DNA of 64,000 nt from Oligoflexia bacterium. GTDB lineage: Bacteria > Bdellovibrionota > UBA1018. Where the stretch lies: assembly GCA_031292385.1 (NCBI GenBank), contig JARLHE010000028.1, positions 76,693 through 140,692 of the forward strand. The letters run 5' to 3'. A program made the position numbers and the translations under genes. The notes under the pieces were generated by a model. The model was given only the letters and a program-made list of their open reading frames with translations, had not been told where the DNA came from and did no database searches. Positions 1 to 10,336 of the stretch are shown one piece after another (the first letter of the stretch is position 1; the number at the start of each line of letters is the position of its first letter).

Positions 1-687
1 AAGCTCAAACTCCTCGCGCGAGGCCGCATCCTCCATCCCGCGCATCAGCTCGCCAATAATCCGGGATGTCTTGCCTTCGAGTACGGCGATCACTTCGTTG
101 ATATGCTCGCGATACTCATCCGGATTCACCAACCCCACGCACCCGCCCGAGCACTTGCCGATCTGATACAAAATGCAGGGTCGGCTTCGATGACGAAACG
201 TGTTATCCGAACAATCTCGAAGCTTGAATGCCTGATTCAAGAGATCCATGACTTGGCGCGCCGACCAAGCCGAAGGAAAAGGCCCAAAGTATCGAGAACC
301 ATCCTGGGGCGTCCTTCGCGTGTACTCGATGCGGGGATAAGGTTCGTTCACCCGGATTTTCAGGTAGGGATAGGTTTTATCGTCCTTGAGACGGACGTTA
401 AAGCGCGGTTTATGCTTTTTGATCAGCGTGCACTCGAGAATGAGGGCCTCGGCCTCGGTTTCGGTCAAAATGACGTCAAAGCGGGCCACCCGGGCGACCA
501 TCATCTCGGTTCGGGGGTTTTCATGGGGAGCGGCCTGGAAATACTGTGAGAGCCGGCTGCGGAGGCTTTTCGCTTTTCCGACGTAAATCGTCTCCCCGGC
601 CTCATTTTTCATCAGATAGACGCCCGGCGAGCTGGAAGCGGCATGCGCCTGATCAAGAAGAGCGGGTTTGTTTCCTTGATTTTCCAT
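1..687 (-). CDS. uvrC: Excinuclease ABC subunit C (5' part; runs off the window start)
   Basis: Manual translation from ATG 687 (not in the ORF track): SSPGVYLMKNEAGETIYVGKAKSLRSRLSQYF...ALILECTLIKKHKPRFNVRLKDDKTYPYL, the GIY-YIG N-terminus of UvrC. Confidence 0.95.
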   Translation of the reverse strand, partial: MENQGNKPALLDQAHAASSSPGVYLMKNEAGETIYVGKAKSLRSRLSQYFQAAPHENPRTEMMVARVARFDVILTETEAEALILECTLIKKHKPRFNVRLKDDKTYPYLKIRVNEPYPRIEYTRRTPQDGSRYFGPFPSAWSARQVMDLLNQAFKLRDCSDNTFRHRSRPCILYQIGKCSGGCVGLVNPDEYREHINEVIAVLEGKTSRIIGELMRGMEDAASREEFEL

Positions 688-737
688 TCCAACCCACTAT
701 AACTCTGAAAGACTTCGCACTTGTACAGGAGAAAAAC

Positions 738-1178
738 ATGGCCGCCGCCGCTACCCAGACCGTTGGTTCCGAAACTATCGCCTATTGCACCAGCTGCAAA
801 ATGGACCTCAATCACGTGATCGTCGCCTTGAAAGGTGACCGAATCGCTAAGGTCCAGTGCCTGACTTGCAAAAAAGAACACGCCTTCAAGGCCGCTAAAG
901 GCCAAACCACCCCAAAAGCGAAGAAAAAGAAAAAGGCCGACGCCGAAGCCGAAGCGGAAATCCATTCCATTGAAGCGGAATGGGAAAAGCTCATGGCCGC
1001 TCACCGCGAACTGCCGATCAAGCAATACAGCATGAAAGGCCAATTCATTCTGGGCGACAAAATCAACCACCCGACCTTTGGCGAAGGCATTGTCGGAAAG
1101 CTGATTTATCCCAATAAATTGGAAGTGATCTTCCGCCATGACGTCAAGGTACTGATCCACGGCGGCGCCCAGAGCTGA
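738..1178 (+). CDS. Conserved hypothetical protein: Zn-ribbon, Lys-rich linker and UvrD/PcrA-CTD-like Tudor domain
   Basis: AGGAG SD at 727-731 before ATG 738; CTSC...CLTC pairs; C-terminal LGDKINHPTFGEGIV..LEVIF. Confidence 0.8.
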   Translation: MAAAATQTVGSETIAYCTSCKMDLNHVIVALKGDRIAKVQCLTCKKEHAFKAAKGQTTPKAKKKKKADAEAEAEIHSIEAEWEKLMAAHRELPIKQYSMKGQFILGDKINHPTFGEGIVGKLIYPNKLEVIFRHDVKVLIHGGAQS

Positions 1179-1191
1179 GCCAGAGCTAAGA

Positions 1192-1851
1192 ATGACACTC
1201 AAGCGGCTGGCGTTTCTTGCCGCGGCAGGAGCTGTCACGTTCGGCGGGCTGGTATTTTCGGGATGCGCGGGCAAACATGCCCGCCCCGATAACGGCCCAC
1301 AGCCGGTTCACCTCTCTGAATTCGAGGGAAAGAAAGTCGCGCTCGTTGGCGTGGAGGGGCCGGACACGGCCCGCTCCGTCGTTGAAGTCGCGCTCGTCAA
1401 TCAGCTCACTCAGCACGGCAGCTTTATTTTGATCTCGAAACCCGAGGTCGAAGCGGCTCGCCGCTCCCCCGATCAAGACCCGACCGATACCACCGGGTTG
1501 GCGGCGAGAGCCGGCGCCGATTTCGCCCTTCAAGCGCGAGTCCTCCGCTTCGATGCGGACGAAAAAAGCGGCTACTCGGAACAGACCGTCGAAGACAGCC
1601 AACTTGAAGCGGAAACCGGCAACGGCAAAACCGAGCAAGTCTACAAAGTGAAGCGCCTGGACGGGGCAGTCGCCGTCGAGCTCATCTTCACGGATACTCA
1701 TACGAAGAAAGTCTTCTCCGACATCGCCCGCGCGACGGAATCTACCCAGGAAGACTCGCGCCACGGAGCCATTCATCTACCGCCACGGCTCCGCTTCTTG
1801 GAGAAAATCGCGAACGCCGCTTTCGCTAAATTCTTCGAAGATCATCGATAA
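1192..1851 (+). CDS. Lipoprotein, probable CsgG/LpoB/TolB-N-like fold
   Basis: Basic N-terminus, hydrophobic stretch and lipobox FSG-C; pattern KKVALV...LVNQL...FILI...AGADFALQARV. Confidence 0.7.
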   Translation: MTLKRLAFLAAAGAVTFGGLVFSGCAGKHARPDNGPQPVHLSEFEGKKVALVGVEGPDTARSVVEVALVNQLTQHGSFILISKPEVEAARRSPDQDPTDTTGLAARAGADFALQARVLRFDADEKSGYSEQTVEDSQLEAETGNGKTEQVYKVKRLDGAVAVELIFTDTHTKKVFSDIARATESTQEDSRHGAIHLPPRLRFLEKIANAAFAKFFEDHR

Positions 1852-1854
1852 CGT

Positions 1855-1949
1855 GCGCTTGAAAGGTCTGGGCTGATACAACTTCCTGTTTAGGGACCCT
1901 AAAATCGCGCCATCCTGGCGCTTCCCTAATCAGCCAGACTTTTAAACGC
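1855..1949. repeat. Structured palindromic (REP-like) element A
   Basis: Imperfect outer arms 1855-1877/1929-1949, inner stem TAGGGA/TCCCTA, hairpins AAC-TTCCT-GTT and GCGCCATCCTGGCGC. Confidence 0.7.
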
Positions 1950-2013
1950 CCTCCTCAAAGCAACCGAATCGATGCCGGAACCATACGCGAAATGGACAGA
2001 CCCCCTAGTCAGG

Positions 2014-2038
2014 AAGACATGCATATGCGTCTTTTTTT
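2014..2038 (+). terminator. Possible intrinsic terminator
   Basis: AAGAC...GTCTT stem running into a T tract, between convergent genes. Confidence 0.4.
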
Positions 2039-2042
2039 AGGA

Positions 2043-2432
2043 TCAGCCCGCGCGCTTCTGCCCACGAAGCCGGACGCGCTCATACGCGTGGAGCCCGGCC
2101 CGCAAAGCTCGCATCACTTCCTCGATCGAATGGTACTGCCGCGAGGGGATGTAATCGGTCACGATATTCACGGCGACTTTACCCCCGGATAGATCATCAA
2201 CTTCGATATCGCCGACGCTGTAATCAATATCGCTCTTGGCCATCGGAAAGTCCTCGAGCTCGAGCGCCGCCTGAACCGCGCCGAATCCCTGCATCGCTTC
2301 AGAGTCGGGGGCGTCGGGTCGAAGCGGGACGGTATCGATGCGATCCACGTCTTCCGCGGTCAAATGACCGATGTCCCGAGCGGGCGGCAAATCTGAATTC
2401 GGGTGATCGGACGCATGCTTCTTGCGCGGCAT
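2043..2432 (-). CDS. Small acidic hypothetical protein, possibly DUF5785/DUF5789/DUF2795-like
   Basis: AGAGGAG SD upstream; motif LEDFPMAKSDIDYSVGDIEV...YHSIEEVMRAL. Family resemblance is from memory. Confidence 0.65.
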   Translation of the reverse strand: MPRKKHASDHPNSDLPPARDIGHLTAEDVDRIDTVPLRPDAPDSEAMQGFGAVQAALELEDFPMAKSDIDYSVGDIEVDDLSGGKVAVNIVTDYIPSRQYHSIEEVMRALRAGLHAYERVRLRGQKRAG

Positions 2433-2458
2433 AGAGGGGGCTCCTCTTTCGAGAAGCC

Positions 2459-2474
2459 TGCAAAAAACCCTCCA
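2459..2474 (-). promoter_or_regulatory. Putative sigma54 promoter
   Basis: Minus strand TGGAGGGTTTTTTGCA = GG-N10-GC, just upstream of the SD of the gene starting at 2432. Confidence 0.55.
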
Positions 2475-2476
2475 GA

Positions 2477-3028
2477 TTATCGCCTCATCCGGAACCGAAA
2501 GCAGCCCGGGCTATGATCGTTGACCATACCAACCGCTTGCATGAAGGCGTAACAAATGGTGGCGCCCACGAACTTAAAGCCGCGCTTTTTTAACGCCTTG
2601 CTCATTGTCTTGCTTGCCAGAACGGCATCCTGCCCTTTGGCGCGGCCCAACGGCTTGCCTCCGACAAACTGCCAAATATAGCGATCGAAGCTTCCGAACT
2701 CGCGCTGCACTTCGAGAAACGCCTTGGCATTTTCGATCACCGCGTCCACCTTCAGGCGGTTACGCACGATCCCTTCGTTTTTCAATAAAGACGCCTTCTT
2801 CGCGGCATCGTATTTCGCGATTTTCTTCGCATTGAATCGGTCGAAGGCCTTGCGATAACTTTCGCGCTTCCTCAAAACGATGAGCCAGCTCAAACCCGCC
2901 TGCGCGCCCTCGAGATTCATCATCTCAAAAAGCAGACGATCGTCGTGAACCGGTACGCCCCACTCCTCGTCATGGTAAACCGTCAGCAGCTCGTCTGACT
3001 CGGACCAAGAACATCGCTTCTTTTTCAT
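2477..3028 (-). CDS. tag: DNA-3-methyladenine glycosylase I
   Basis: RCSW...YHDEEWGVP, LEGAQAGLSW, IVRNRLK, FKFVG...QAVGMVNDH motifs. Confidence 0.95.
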   Translation of the reverse strand: MKKKRCSWSESDELLTVYHDEEWGVPVHDDRLLFEMMNLEGAQAGLSWLIVLRKRESYRKAFDRFNAKKIAKYDAAKKASLLKNEGIVRNRLKVDAVIENAKAFLEVQREFGSFDRYIWQFVGGKPLGRAKGQDAVLASKTMSKALKKRGFKFVGATICYAFMQAVGMVNDHSPGCFRFRMRR

Positions 3029-3087
3029 ACGACCAGCAAATCAGATCAACCGGTGACAAGTCATGGAATTTCATTAAAATTGGTGAA

Positions 3088-3756
3088 ATGAGCCAAGAAT
3101 TTTGGGAGCAAAACGCCGAGACCTGGACGGAGCTGATCCGCGCCCAGGCGATCTCCAGCCGGGCGATTACCGGTCCGGCGATCGTCGAACAAATCCTCCG
3201 TCGGAATCTCCGCTCGGTTTTGGATATCGGATGCGGAGAAGGATGGCTCGCCTCGCAGCTTCTTCCGCGGCAAATCGATTATCTCGGAGTCGATGGATCG
3301 GTAGGCCTGATCGAAAACGCGGAACGCGAGCACCCCGGCTACTTCCAGCCCGCGAGCTACGAGCAGATCACCCGAGGCGAATGGAAATCCGAGAAATCCT
3401 TTGACGGCATCGTGTTCAATTTCTCGCTTTTGGACGAAAAAATAGAGGACCTTCTCAAAGCCGCCGCCGGATTCCTGAACCCCGCCAGATTCCTGAACCC
3501 CGAAAGAGTGCTGCTCATTCAAACGCTGCATCCGTTCTTCGCGCTTCCTCACTATCAAGACGGCGAGCAGATCGAGGATTTCAAATCGATGCCCCTTCCG
3601 TTTGCCGGCACGATGCCTTGGTACGGAAGAACAATGGGTTCGTGGAGCAAGGTTTTCAAAAATTCCGGACTCCTGATCGAAGAAATCATCGAGCCGAGGG
3701 ACCCTAAAAAGCCGGAGAAACCGCTCTCGATGATTTTCGCGCTCAAGAAGAGATAG
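3088..3756 (+). CDS. Class I SAM-dependent methyltransferase
   Basis: [10 protein letters not shown] motif [16 protein letters not shown]. Confidence 0.9.
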   Translation: MSQEFWEQNAETWTELIRAQAISSRAITGPAIVEQILRRNLRSVLDIGCGEGWLASQLLPRQIDYLGVDGSVGLIENAEREHPGYFQPASYEQITRGEWKSEKSFDGIVFNFSLLDEKIEDLLKAAAGFLNPARFLNPERVLLIQTLHPFFALPHYQDGEQIEDFKSMPLPFAGTMPWYGRTMGSWSKVFKNSGLLIEEIIEPRDPKKPEKPLSMIFALKKR

Positions 3757-5773
3757 CGAGCAGCCCGGCGATCGCCGCGCTCACATCCTGCTCCGAGCGC
3801 AGCGGCAAACTGCAAGTGCCGCGACAGCAGACTAGGGTCTCTCCCGGCTTTGCGGGAGCACCGCTCTTAAAGACACGCGAATCGCCCACGGCTGCCTCGC
3901 CGGTCACCACGATCGGCCCCCGCTCATAAAGCAAAGCGGCATTCAAAAGCTCGCCCTGACCATAGGCGCGCCTTGCCGCCGCGGGAAACAGACCTTGCAG
4001 CTGCCGGATGGCTTCGTTTACGAACTCCCGGCCCTTCTCGGAATCAATTTCACTCAAGGCGATCAAGACGCCGATCATCACCGCGGTGCCCGACGGGATG
4101 GCTTGATCGTGAGTCGATTTGGGGCGGTGAATGAGCTGCTCGTGATCGTCGCTGGTGAAGAAGTAGCCGGGGGACGCGGAGTCCGAGAAATTTTTCAGAA
4201 CAGTCCGTGCCCAGCTTTCCGCGTTGGCTAAATACTCCGCGCTTTTTTCCGACCGGGACTCGAAACGTGCCAGATCGATCGCGGCTTGCGCCATAAATGC
4301 GTAATCGTCGAGATATGCGTTCAGTTTCGCGGCTCCTCCGGAATACACGCTGAAAAGCCTCCCCTCCTCGCCCCCGAGCGCCGTGCGAATGAACTCAAAT
4401 GCACGAGCGGCGGCTTGAAAAGCGCGCATCGAGGCCTCGTTTTCGCCGGCCGCATCGAACGCGCGCGACGCCCAGGCCAAACCGCTGATCGCAAGTCCGT
4501 TCCAGCTTGCGAGAATTTTCGTATCCGTCCCCGGCGCCAGACGACGCGAGCGGGCATCGATCATTTTTTTCCGTGCAGAGGCAAGAGCCCCTAAGGCTTC
4601 GGATGAGGAAATTCCCGCAAGCGCCGCCGCCTCATCGAGCGAACGTGCCCGATAAAGCACCGTTTTGCCGTGCTCGAAATTTCCCTCAAGGGTGACGCCG
4701 TAAAACGCGGCGGCGAGCATTGCCTCCGGCTCGGTCAGCGCGAGCTTCAAGGACGCGGGATCCCAAACGAAATACTCGCCCTCGCCTTCCTCGGTATCCG
4801 CGTCCTGCGCGGCGTAAAAAGCGCCTTCGGGCGCGCGCATTTCACGAAGCAGATATTCCACCGTTTCGCGCACGACGTCGGTGAAAAGCGCGCGTGTCGG
4901 CGGATCCAACTCTCCTCTCAGCAAAACCTGCGAGTACGATCGCAAAAGAAGGGCATTGTCATAAAGCATCTTTTCGAAATGCGGAACGCTCCACTTCTCG
5001 TCCACGGAATAGCGATGAAAACCGCCGCCGAGCTGATCGTAGATCCCGCCGCGGGCCATCTTGCGAAGCGTGAGCAATGCGCCTTCCCGCGCGTTCTCCA
5101 AACCCGCGACCAAGCCCTCGCGCCAAAGAAAATCGAGGGACATCGAGTTGGGAAACTTCGGAGCGCCCCCGAAGCCGCCATCCGCCCAATCCACCGTGCT
5201 CGCCAAGTCCTCCGCGACGGCAACCAGAGCCTTTTGAGTCGGGAGCTCGGCGGAAGCGTTCTCGGAAGCATCCATCCCGCGAATGAACTCGGTCAGCTTG
5301 CCCGCGTTTTCCGAAATGCCGGCATAATCATTGTGAAACGCGTCCGAGAGCGCCTGAAGCACTCGGGGGAACCCCGGCCTTCCCCACCGATCTTCCGGCG
5401 GATAATAGGTCCCGCCGAAAAACGGCCGAAGATCCGGAGTCAGAAAAACCGTCAGTGGCCAGCCGCCGCCGCGCGTGATGGCCTGCGCGACGTTCTGATA
5501 GATCTGATCGAGATCGGGCCGCTCCTCGCGATCCACTTTGATGTTGATGAACCGCTCGTTCATGAGGCGCGCGATCTCTTCGTTTTCAAAGCTCTCATGC
5601 GCCATGACATGGCACCAATGGCAGGAAGAGTATCCCACGCTCAGCAAAATGGGCTTGTTCTCGCGGCGGGCGCGCGAAAGCGCCTCCTCCCCCCACGGAT
5701 ACCAATCCACCGGATTATTCTGATGCTGAAGCAGATAGGGACTGCTTTCGCGCGACAGGCGGTTCAAGCTCAT
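3743..5773 (-). CDS. YyaL/SSP411 (DUF255) thioredoxin-domain protein
   Basis: [49 protein letters not shown]. Confidence 0.93.
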   Translation of the reverse strand: MSLNRLSRESSPYLLQHQNNPVDWYPWGEEALSRARRENKPILLSVGYSSCHWCHVMAHESFENEEIARLMNERFINIKVDREERPDLDQIYQNVAQAITRGGGWPLTVFLTPDLRPFFGGTYYPPEDRWGRPGFPRVLQALSDAFHNDYAGISENAGKLTEFIRGMDASENASAELPTQKALVAVAEDLASTVDWADGGFGGAPKFPNSMSLDFLWREGLVAGLENAREGALLTLRKMARGGIYDQLGGGFHRYSVDEKWSVPHFEKMLYDNALLLRSYSQVLLRGELDPPTRALFTDVVRETVEYLLREMRAPEGAFYAAQDADTEEGEGEYFVWDPASLKLALTEPEAMLAAAFYGVTLEGNFEHGKTVLYRARSLDEAAALAGISSSEALGALASARKKMIDARSRRLAPGTDTKILASWNGLAISGLAWASRAFDAAGENEASMRAFQAAARAFEFIRTALGGEEGRLFSVYSGGAAKLNAYLDDYAFMAQAAIDLARFESRSEKSAEYLANAESWARTVLKNFSDSASPGYFFTSDDHEQLIHRPKSTHDQAIPSGTAVMIGVLIALSEIDSEKGREFVNEAIRQLQGLFPAAARRAYGQGELLNAALLYERGPIVVTGEAAVGDSRVFKSGAPAKPGETLVCCRGTCSLPLRSEQDVSAAIAGLLAISS

Positions 5774-7938
5774 ATACCCAGATTCAGGATTTTTAGCCGC
5801 TTGATGCGATCCCGAAGCTCGGCGGCGCGCTCGAACTGCATGGCTTTGGCGGCAAGCTTCATCTCGTCTTCCATCTTCGCGATCGTCGCGGCAAGTTTCT
5901 CGAGCGACGTGAAATACTCACCCGCCGTCTGGCGGATCTGCTCGACCCTTTCGCTCTCATCCAATAAATCGAGATTAGCTACTGCAAGGGCGTTGCCGCG
6001 TCCGCCGGCCGAGTCCGCCGCGCTCCAAACGCTTCGGCCATGGCCCGAGCCCGCGCCCGTGCGCAACGCGCGTTTGGCGAGCGCCGCCTTGTCGTTGATG
6101 CGAACGACCTTTCCATCCGCCGTCTCCTGCTCCCCCGTGATGCGGTCCGGAATCGCCTTCACGATCGTCTGCGGGGTGATGCCGTTCGCCAGGTTGTACT
6201 CGTGCTGAATCGCGCGACGCCGGGCGGTTTCCTCGAGCGCGCGCTTCATGCTGTCGGTCATCCGGTCGGCGTAAAGAATGACATGCCCCTCGACGTTTCG
6301 GGCGGCGCGGCCGATCGTCTGAATGAGCGCGCGATACCCGCGCAAGAAGCCTTCTTTATCGGCATCCAAAATACCCACGAGCGAGACTTCGGGCAAATCC
6401 AGCCCTTCGCGCAAAAGATTGATGCCGATCAAGACGTCAAATACCCCTAGACGCAAGTCACGCAGGATCTCAATCCGCTCCAGGGTATCGATGTCCGAAT
6501 GAAGGTATTTCACCCGTACGCCCTGCTCGAGATAGAATTTGGTCAGATCCTCGGCGAGCTTTTTCGTGAGCGTGGTCACCAGAACGCGCTCGCCTTTTTG
6601 CGCGCGGATCCGGATCTCATCGAGCAGATCGTCCACCTGCTTGGCGGCCGGGCGGACCTCCACGACCGGATCCAGCAACCCGGTCGGACGGATCACCTGC
6701 TCGACGACCTCCCCGCCGCTCGCCTTCAGCTCGTAATCGCCGGGCGTGGCCGAAACATAAAGCGACGTATTGAGGCTTTTTTCCCACTCCTCAAAGCTCA
6801 TGGGGCGGTTATCCAGCGCGGACGGCAGGCGAAAGCCGTGCTCCACCAGCGTGCTTTTGCGGGCGCGGTCGCCGCGGTACATGCCGCCGATCTGCGGGAT
6901 CGTGACATGGCTTTCATCGACGATGAGCAGAAAATCCTTCGGAAAATATTCGAGCAAAGTGGGCGGCGGCGCGCCCGGAGGACGTCCCGTCAGATGGCGG
7001 GAATAATTTTCGATGCCTTGGCAGAACCCGAGCTCTTCCATCATCTCGAGATCGAACATCGTGCGCTGCTCGAGGCGCTGGGCTTCGACGAGCTTCCCGA
7101 GGGAATTGAGCTCGGTGAGCCGTTCGCGCAGCTCTTCGCGAATGGTATGGATCGCGCGCTTGCGGTTTTCGGCCGTCGTCACGTAATGGGAGCCGGGATA
7201 AATCGTCACGCGCGAGAGCTTTTGGATACGTATGCCCCGGAGCGGATCGATTTCGGAGATCGACTCGATTTCGTCGCCGAAAAACTCGACCCGAATCGCG
7301 CGCTCCTCCTCGTAGGCGGGAAAAATCTCGACGACGTCGCCGCGGACCCGAAAAGTGCCGCGATGGAAATCGACGTCATTCCGCTTGTATTGGATTTCAA
7401 CGAGCTTTTTCAGCACGTCTTGGCGCTTCGCCTCGCGCCCCGTTTCGAGATAAAGCAGAAGCCCTTCATACGCTTCGGGGGAACCCAAGCCGTAGATGCA
7501 CGACACGGAGGAAACGATGATCACGTCATTACGCTCAAGAAGGGAGCGTGTCGCCGAATGGCGAAGCTTGTCGATCTCGTCGTTGATCTGCGAATCTTTT
7601 TCGATATAGGTGTCGGTCGACGGAACGTAGGCTTCGGGCTGGTAATAATCGTAATAGCTGACGAAGTATTCGACCGCGTTATTGGGAAAGAATTCCCGGA
7701 ACTCGCTGAACAGTTGCGCGGCCAGCGTCTTATTGTGGCTCAGGATCAGGGTCGGCTTATTCGTCCGGGCGATCAGATTCGCCATCGTGAAGGTTTTTCC
7801 GGAGCCGGTCACGCCGAGCAGGGTTTGGGATTTTTTTCCGTCTCCAATTCCGCGCACAAGCGCTTCGATGGCTTGCGGCTGATCGCCCGTCGGTTGAAAC
7901 TTGGTGACGAGCTCGAATTTCCGATCCTTGTACTTCAT
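5770..7938 (-). CDS. uvrB: Excinuclease ABC subunit B
   Basis: [27 protein letters not shown]-terminal UVR coil [11 protein letters not shown]. Confidence 0.98.
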   Translation of the reverse strand: MKYKDRKFELVTKFQPTGDQPQAIEALVRGIGDGKKSQTLLGVTGSGKTFTMANLIARTNKPTLILSHNKTLAAQLFSEFREFFPNNAVEYFVSYYDYYQPEAYVPSTDTYIEKDSQINDEIDKLRHSATRSLLERNDVIIVSSVSCIYGLGSPEAYEGLLLYLETGREAKRQDVLKKLVEIQYKRNDVDFHRGTFRVRGDVVEIFPAYEEERAIRVEFFGDEIESISEIDPLRGIRIQKLSRVTIYPGSHYVTTAENRKRAIHTIREELRERLTELNSLGKLVEAQRLEQRTMFDLEMMEELGFCQGIENYSRHLTGRPPGAPPPTLLEYFPKDFLLIVDESHVTIPQIGGMYRGDRARKSTLVEHGFRLPSALDNRPMSFEEWEKSLNTSLYVSATPGDYELKASGGEVVEQVIRPTGLLDPVVEVRPAAKQVDDLLDEIRIRAQKGERVLVTTLTKKLAEDLTKFYLEQGVRVKYLHSDIDTLERIEILRDLRLGVFDVLIGINLLREGLDLPEVSLVGILDADKEGFLRGYRALIQTIGRAARNVEGHVILYADRMTDSMKRALEETARRRAIQHEYNLANGITPQTIVKAIPDRITGEQETADGKVVRINDKAALAKRALRTGAGSGHGRSVWSAADSAGGRGNALAVANLDLLDESERVEQIRQTAGEYFTSLEKLAATIAKMEDEMKLAAKAMQFERAAELRDRIKRLKILNLGI

Positions 7939-9446
7939 TTGTAATCCCAGGTCGTGCCCGCCGCTCCATCCTTGATCGTCACGCCGCGAGCGTCGAGCTC
8001 TTTCCGGATCTCGTCGCTTCGCGCGAAATTTTTAGCCTTGCGTGCTTCCGCTCTTTCGGCGATCAGCGCCAGGATCTCGGTTTCCGTCGGCCGCGCGGTG
8101 CCGGTCGCCGAAGAACGCTCGGCGCGGATGCGCGAAATATCTTCCAAAGCTTTGCGAGGGTCAAGCCGCCCCACCCCGATCACTCCACCGATGTCGTCAT
8201 CGATGATTTTCAGCAGCTCCGTCGCGCCAAGCACGGCCGACGGGGTCGCGCGAGCCAGCGGCTCCGCCGCCGCCCGATTGAAAGCGCGGATCAACGTGAA
8301 AAGGGAGCCCAAGGCACCGGCCGTATTGAAATCGTTCGCGTAAGCGTCGTCGATTTCCTTGCGCGCGGCCTCGCTGCTCGCGGCGAACTCGCCCCAAACG
8401 CTTTCCGCCCGGAGATCCGCGCGCGCGCGCGCCTGCTTGCTGATCTCGAGCGCCAAGGCCTTCGCTTCGTAGATGCGATGCAGGCCCTGCAGCGTATGTT
8501 CGATCGTTTCGTTCCCGAAATCGATGAGCGAGCGATAATGCACCGAAAGCAGCATGTAGCGCGCGACTTCCCCGCCGTAGCGCTTCAAGAACTCCTGGGC
8601 GGTGAAGATATTACCGAGGCTTTTCGACATTTTCTCTTTTGAAAGAGTCAAAAACGCATGATGCAGCCAGTAGCGCGAAAAAGGCGTCTTGTGGCTTGCC
8701 GCCTCGCTCTGGGCGATCTCGTTTTCGTGATGGGGAAAAATCAGATCCTCGCCGCCGTGATGAACATCGATCGTATCGCCCAGCCATTTGGAAGCCATCG
8801 CCGAGCATTCGATATGCCAACCCGGACGCCCTTTTCCCCAGGGACTGTCCCAGGCGGGCTCTCCCGGCTTCGCCGGCTTCCAAAGCGTGAAATCCATCGG
8901 ATTACGTTTTTTGGCGTTCACTTCCACGCGGATGCCGGCCTGGAGCTCCTCGATATTTTTATGCGAGAGCTTGCCGTAGTGATCCGCTTTTTCGATCGAG
9001 AAAAGCACTTCGCCCGTATCGATCACATAGGCCCTGCCCGATTCGATGATCTTCTCGATCATCTCGATGATCTCGGCGATATGATCCCGTACCGTGGTCT
9101 TGTGCGTGGGTTCGAGCATTCCCGAAACCGCGTAATCGCGCTCGACCTCGACGATGTACTTGCGGGCGATCTCATCCGCGGTGGTCTTTTCCTCCGCTGC
9201 GCGCTTGATGATCTTGTCGTCGACGTCGGTGTAATTGCGCACATAAGTCACGTCGTAACCGACGCGCTTGAAGTAGCGGAAAAACAGATCCGCGACGAGC
9301 CCGCCGCGAAGATTGCCGATGTGAATCAGCCCGTAAACCGTGGGGCCGCACGAATACATCTTCAGTTTGCCCGGCTCGAGGGTCTCAAGGACCTCCTTCT
9401 TGCCGGAGAGAGTATTCGTGAGCTTGATTTCACGGATCGCGCGCAT
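7935..9446 (-). CDS. cysS: Cysteine--tRNA ligase
   Basis: [27 protein letters not shown]. Confidence 0.98.
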   Translation of the reverse strand: MRAIREIKLTNTLSGKKEVLETLEPGKLKMYSCGPTVYGLIHIGNLRGGLVADLFFRYFKRVGYDVTYVRNYTDVDDKIIKRAAEEKTTADEIARKYIVEVERDYAVSGMLEPTHKTTVRDHIAEIIEMIEKIIESGRAYVIDTGEVLFSIEKADHYGKLSHKNIEELQAGIRVEVNAKKRNPMDFTLWKPAKPGEPAWDSPWGKGRPGWHIECSAMASKWLGDTIDVHHGGEDLIFPHHENEIAQSEAASHKTPFSRYWLHHAFLTLSKEKMSKSLGNIFTAQEFLKRYGGEVARYMLLSVHYRSLIDFGNETIEHTLQGLHRIYEAKALALEISKQARARADLRAESVWGEFAASSEAARKEIDDAYANDFNTAGALGSLFTLIRAFNRAAAEPLARATPSAVLGATELLKIIDDDIGGVIGVGRLDPRKALEDISRIRAERSSATGTARPTETEILALIAERAEARKAKNFARSDEIRKELDARGVTIKDGAAGTTWDYK

Positions 9447-9487
9447 AGACGCCAGTCTAGCGCACTTTTCACCAGATTATGAAGAGA

Positions 9488-9970
9488 TTATGAGGCGAAA
9501 ATCGCTTGGATTTCCTGCTCAATGATTTCCTCTTTGGCCTGCTTGGCGAGAGAGATCTCCTTGACCAGCAAGTGCTTGGCCTGATCGAGCATCTTGCGCT
9601 CGCCGAAAGAGAGATCCTTGCTGTGGCGCAAAAGAATCAAATTGCGAAGAACTTCCGCGATTTCGAAAATGGAGCCGGTTTTGATCTTCTCCATGTACTC
9701 GCGATAACGGCGATTCCAGGTCGTTTGATCAATCTTGACGTTGCGCTCACGCAGAATGTCATAAACCGCTTTGACGTCCTTGGTCGAAATGATCTCACGG
9801 AGACCCACCGAGTCAACATTGTCCGTCGGCACCATGATCGTCATCTGGTTATCGACCACTTGAAGCACATAGAAGCACTTCTTCTTGCCACCAACGTCCT
9901 TTTCTTCGATTCTTTTGATGACAGCGACACCATGAGCCGGATAAACGGCGTTGTCTCCCACTTTAAACAT
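9488..9970 (-). CDS. carD: CarD/CdnL family RNA polymerase-binding regulator
   Basis: MFKVGDNAVYPAHGV, WNRRYREYMEKIKTG, LSFGERKML; start set at ATG 9970 after GGAGG. Confidence 0.93.
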   Translation of the reverse strand: MFKVGDNAVYPAHGVAVIKRIEEKDVGGKKKCFYVLQVVDNQMTIMVPTDNVDSVGLREIISTKDVKAVYDILRERNVKIDQTTWNRRYREYMEKIKTGSIFEIAEVLRNLILLRHSKDLSFGERKMLDQAKHLLVKEISLAKQAKEEIIEQEIQAIFAS

Positions 9971-10040
9971 GCCGGAAACCTCCAAACGACAACCTAAAAA
10001 GGCCAAACGGTACGAACATCTTCCCCCGTGAAGCTGGGGG

Positions 10041-10070
10041 ACCTTACCACACCCGCTGTCTAAAAGTCAA
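10041..10070 (-). promoter_or_regulatory. Putative sigma70-type promoter of carD
   Basis: TTGACT-N18-TAAGGT with TG extension on the minus strand. Confidence 0.45.
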
Positions 10071-10111
10071 ACACTAAGTCGACTCAGACGGGCTGCAACC
10101 TATTGAAATAA

Positions 10112-10177
10112 TTAACTAATAATATAATTCCAATAATCCCGGATTGTTGTCTGAATACTTTGCATAAAGATGTCCAT
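10112..10177 (-). CDS. Candidate 21-aa small protein (MDIFMQSIQTTIRDYWNYIIS)
   Basis: AGGTAGGA SD 9 nt upstream; lies just downstream of a sigma54 motif. Confidence 0.3.
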   Translation of the reverse strand: MDIFMQSIQTTIRDYWNYIIS

Positions 10178-10228
10178 AGTTTTACGTCCTACCTTTGCTG
10201 CACTGCGTTCGCAGGCAGACCGCACATG

Positions 10229-10244
10229 AGCAAGCGCAATGCCG
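10229..10244 (-). promoter_or_regulatory. Putative sigma54 promoter
   Basis: Minus strand CGGCATTGCGCTTGCT = GG-N10-GC, close to consensus. Confidence 0.55.
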
Positions 10245-10336
10245 AAGTGCATCAACACAGACATCAAGGTTAAGGTATGGATGTTCCTGGGGCCAAAAAG
10301 CCCGGGATCGCGTTTAAATCAGATCCGCATATTCAT

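Noticed and set aside
103-549. Plus-strand 148-aa ORF
   Set aside because: Antisense to uvrC, which the ORF track missed because it is truncated by the window edge.
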